Shown: in pieces, positions 29,453-32,000 of the stretch | Layout of the letters: each line of letters begins with the position of its first letter | Position numbering within the stretch: position 1 is the stretch's first letter | From: Methanococcus maripaludis | GTDB lineage: Archaea; AGJL01; Methanococci; Methanococcales; Methanococcaceae | Assembly (NCBI RefSeq): GCF_002945325.1 | Contig: NZ_CP026606.1 | Location: forward strand, 30,001 to 62,000 | Length of the DNA: 32,000 nucleotides | Reading direction: 5' to 3' | Program-made: the position numbers and the translations under genes | The notes under the pieces: model-generated | What the model was told of the DNA's origin: nothing | Database searches by the model: none | The model's input: only the letters and a program-made list of their open reading frames with translations

Positions 29453-30856
29453 TTATTCTGTTTTAAATTTACTTACATCTTTTGAGATTTGTTCAGATGA
29501 TTTAGTTATTTCTTCAATTGAATCGTCAATTTCATTCATAATTCTGCTCTGTTCTTCTGCAGATGCAGTTAATTCCTCTGCAGTTGCTGCAAACTCTTCC
29601 GAAATTGATGCAATATCCTGTGCATTTTTAAGAGCATTTTCTACGTTGTTCGCGGCTTTTTCAGCATTAATTTTTATTGAATTTATTTTTTCAGATGTGG
29701 TTTCTACACTTTCTTTTATTTTTAAGAAAGCACCGTTAACTTCGTCAATTGCGATAACTCCTTTATCAACTTCGTCTTTTCCAGAAATCCCTAGATCAAT
29801 CGTAGCTTCAACTTTTCTGTTTACGCCGTTAATTGTCCTGTTAATATCTTCAACTGACTTTTTGATTTCTTCTGCTAAAGATTTAATTTCACTTGCAACA
29901 ACTGCAAATCCTTTTCCTGCATCCCCTGCACGAGCAGCTTCAATTGATGCATTTAGTGCTAAAAGTCCAGTTTGTTCTGCAACGTCTTTAATTAAAACTG
30001 TAACTTCATTAATTTTTTTGGATTCATTTCCAAGTTCCTGAATTGCTTTTCCAAGGTTTTCGATAACATTGGTGATACTCTGCATTGTTTCAATTGCATT
30101 TTCAACTTTTTTAACTCCCATTTCAGAGTTTTCTTCAATTTCAAATGCTGCAGTAACTGTATCATCTGCTGCATCGGTAACTGCCGAAGTAATTTCTGAT
30201 GTAGCTTCAAGCTGGTCAGATACATCCTGTAATTTTGCAGATTGGTCAGCTGCCGCAGTTGCAACCTGACTTGCTGCATCCGCAACCTGTTCTGAAGTTT
30301 CTTCAGCCCTTACAAGATCTTCTTTTGCTTTTAAAAGTTCAGCATTTAAATATTCAATCTGTTTTTTAAGGTCGTTTACCATTGTTGAGACATTTACTAT
30401 TGCATTGTTTGTTGTTACTTGTAACGCATTATACTTTCTATTTGTGTCTGCCCTTATTGTGAAATCTCCCTGTTCTAAACTTTTAAATATTGTGTGGAGT
30501 TCTGAAAATGTATTTGCAACATCTTTTTTGTAAGTTTTTAAAAAATTTTCGTCTTTTTTTAACTTTTCAAAGTTAGAAATTACTGTTTCAACCATTTCTT
30601 CATCGCAATGTTTGTATTCTTTCCCAATTATTTTTGAAGAAGAATTTAAAAAATTTGTTACATTGTCAAGATATGTTTTTTTAAGAATTACATATCCAAT
30701 TGCTGTAGAAATTACAATTGAAACAATAAACACTACGAATAATATATTTAAATTAAAAGATGAAGCCGCTATTAATGCATAAAAACTGACAAAAATGATT
30801 GCCGAGGATAAAATTGCCGTAATTAATAATGGCACATAAGGTTTTTGCATTTTCAT
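29453..30856 (-). CDS. mcp: Methyl-accepting chemotaxis protein
   Basis: Conserved signalling tip [39 protein letters not shown]. Two N-terminal TM segments. RBS ggtgat precedes MKMQKP. Confidence 0.95.
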   Translation of the reverse strand: MKMQKPYVPLLITAILSSAIIFVSFYALIAASSFNLNILFVVFIVSIVISTAIGYVILKKTYLDNVTNFLNSSSKIIGKEYKHCDEEMVETVISNFEKLKKDENFLKTYKKDVANTFSELHTIFKSLEQGDFTIRADTNRKYNALQVTTNNAIVNVSTMVNDLKKQIEYLNAELLKAKEDLVRAEETSEQVADAASQVATAAADQSAKLQDVSDQLEATSEITSAVTDAADDTVTAAFEIEENSEMGVKKVENAIETMQSITNVIENLGKAIQELGNESKKINEVTVLIKDVAEQTGLLALNASIEAARAGDAGKGFAVVASEIKSLAEEIKKSVEDINRTINGVNRKVEATIDLGISGKDEVDKGVIAIDEVNGAFLKIKESVETTSEKINSIKINAEKAANNVENALKNAQDIASISEEFAATAEELTASAEEQSRIMNEIDDSIEEITKSSEQISKDVSKFKTE

Positions 30857-30872
30857 ATCTATCACCGTATAA

Positions 30873-31337
30873 TTATATAGTTTTGAGTTCACTGCCAGTT
30901 CTAACTAAAACACTGCCGTCTTTAAGTGATAATGTTATAGTTCGGCCTGTGTAGCCACCAAGATCTTCAGAGGCTATTCTTAAACCCATTTTTTTGACTT
31001 CTTGCCTCGAAGCTTCAATATTTTTTTTGCCAACATCTATCGTATTTGAATTACATTTAAACATTGCAGCGCCACCTGCAAGTTTGGTGGTTAATTTATC
31101 TTTTCTAGCGCCAAGTTTAGCCATTCTATTGATTAATTCGGGGATTGCAGTATTTGCATACTTTCCAGGATTTTTTTCTGATGAATTTCTGGATTTTGGA
31201 AGCATTACGTGCGCAACGCCACCAATTTTTTTGCCCCTATCGTAAAGTATGATTGCAACACATGAGCCTAACAGAGTTTCAATCGATTCAGGGTTTTTAG
31301 CAACGCCAATATCCCCCATTTTTACTTTTAAAACCAT
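30873..31337 (-). CDS. cheD: Chemoreceptor glutamine deamidase CheD
   Basis: [12 protein letters not shown] (Cys nucleophile), GVAHVMLP (His), GKKNIEA and LGGYTGR. Confidence 0.95.
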   Translation of the reverse strand: MVLKVKMGDIGVAKNPESIETLLGSCVAIILYDRGKKIGGVAHVMLPKSRNSSEKNPGKYANTAIPELINRMAKLGARKDKLTTKLAGGAAMFKCNSNTIDVGKKNIEASRQEVKKMGLRIASEDLGGYTGRTITLSLKDGSVLVRTGSELKTI

Positions 31338-31347
31338 GCTGATCGTC

Positions 31348-32000
31348 CTAAATGTTGTTTAAATCTAATATCAACGCTACGCGACCATCCCCTAATATTG
31401 TAGCTCCAGCAAGTCCATTAATATTTTTAAGTATTCCTGTGAGTGGTTTTACAACTATTTCATCCCTTCCAATAACTTCATCAAGGATCATTCCAACTTT
31501 TCCTTTATTTTTCTCGACAACTACAACATAGAGGTCGTCGGAATCGGAAAATCCTGATGTATTCAATGCATCTTTCAGCCAGATTACAGGCAAGATATGG
31601 TTTCTGTAAATTATTGCTTCCTGCCCTTCTAAATTTTTAATCTGTTCTTTTTCAACTGAAATAACATCTAAAACGCTCGTCAATGGCAGTGCATAGATAT
31701 GCTCATTTAAGCGGATTAACAGGGTCTGTATGATTGCCATTGTTAATGGAAGATGCAGGGTTATTTCTGTACCTTTTCCAACTTCGGAATTTACTGTAAC
31801 GCTACCTCCAAGTGATTCAATTTTTGACCTTACAACGTCCATTCCTACGCCACGTCCGGAAACGTCGGATACAACTTCCGCGGTGCTGAATCCTGGAAGG
31901 AAGATAACATTAACAGCTTCGTTATCGGTTAATTTTTCAGCTTCTTCTTTTGAATAGAGTCCTTTTTCAAATGCTTTTTTACGCATTGCATCAGGGTCTA
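31348..32000 (-). CDS. cheA: Chemotaxis histidine kinase CheA, C-terminal portion (truncated by the window end)
   Basis: [39 protein letters not shown] (HATPase G-box) plus a CheW-like domain. The frame is open to base 32000 (…[14 protein letters not shown]). Confidence 0.95.
   Translation of the reverse strand, partial: DPDAMRKKAFEKGLYSKEEAEKLTDNEAVNVIFLPGFSTAEVVSDVSGRGVGMDVVRSKIESLGGSVTVNSEVGKGTEITLHLPLTMAIIQTLLIRLNEHIYALPLTSVLDVISVEKEQIKNLEGQEAIIYRNHILPVIWLKDALNTSGFSDSDDLYVVVVEKNKGKVGMILDEVIGRDEIVVKPLTGILKNINGLAGATILGDGRVALILDLNNI

Noticed and set aside
25709-32000. Chemotaxis cluster as a novel system
   Set aside because: cheF, cheY, cheC, cheR, mcp, cheD and cheA are an established archaeal chemotaxis gene set. 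Only details such as the degenerate CheC sites deserve attention.

Overview
This 32 kb window looks like ordinary core chromosome of a methanogenic archaeon, most likely Methanococcus maripaludis or a close relative. That assignment rests on gene content, AT-richness and GGTGAT-type ribosome binding sites. Supported genes include a thioredoxin reductase / thioredoxin-like lipoprotein / CcdA thiol-redox cluster, an archaeal type IA topoisomerase, sucD, cbiH, cbiB, cobS, eIF5A, a CCA-adding enzyme, hisG, gatB, an AOR-family (GAPOR-like) oxidoreductase, ribL, a Zn-ribbon/PUA/PAPS-reductase fusion, cofE, aroE, and an archaeal chemotaxis locus (cheF, cheY, two cheC, cheR on +; mcp, cheD, cheA on -). 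I found no mobile element, CRISPR array, tRNA/rRNA or defence island. The most interesting observations are non-coding. The first is an unlabelled candidate C/D box sRNA at about 7103-7187, with two exactly 12-nt guides; the D' guide is complementary to the archaeal 23S rRNA helix 69 sequence as I remember it. The second is a perfect 44-bp tandem duplication (21408-21495) covering the 5' region and ribosome binding site of a small conserved-looking gene. The third is a 10-bp-arm dyad just upstream of eIF5A. Strands below were read from the sequence; for example the cbiB-like gene at 8646-9566 reads on the minus strand.
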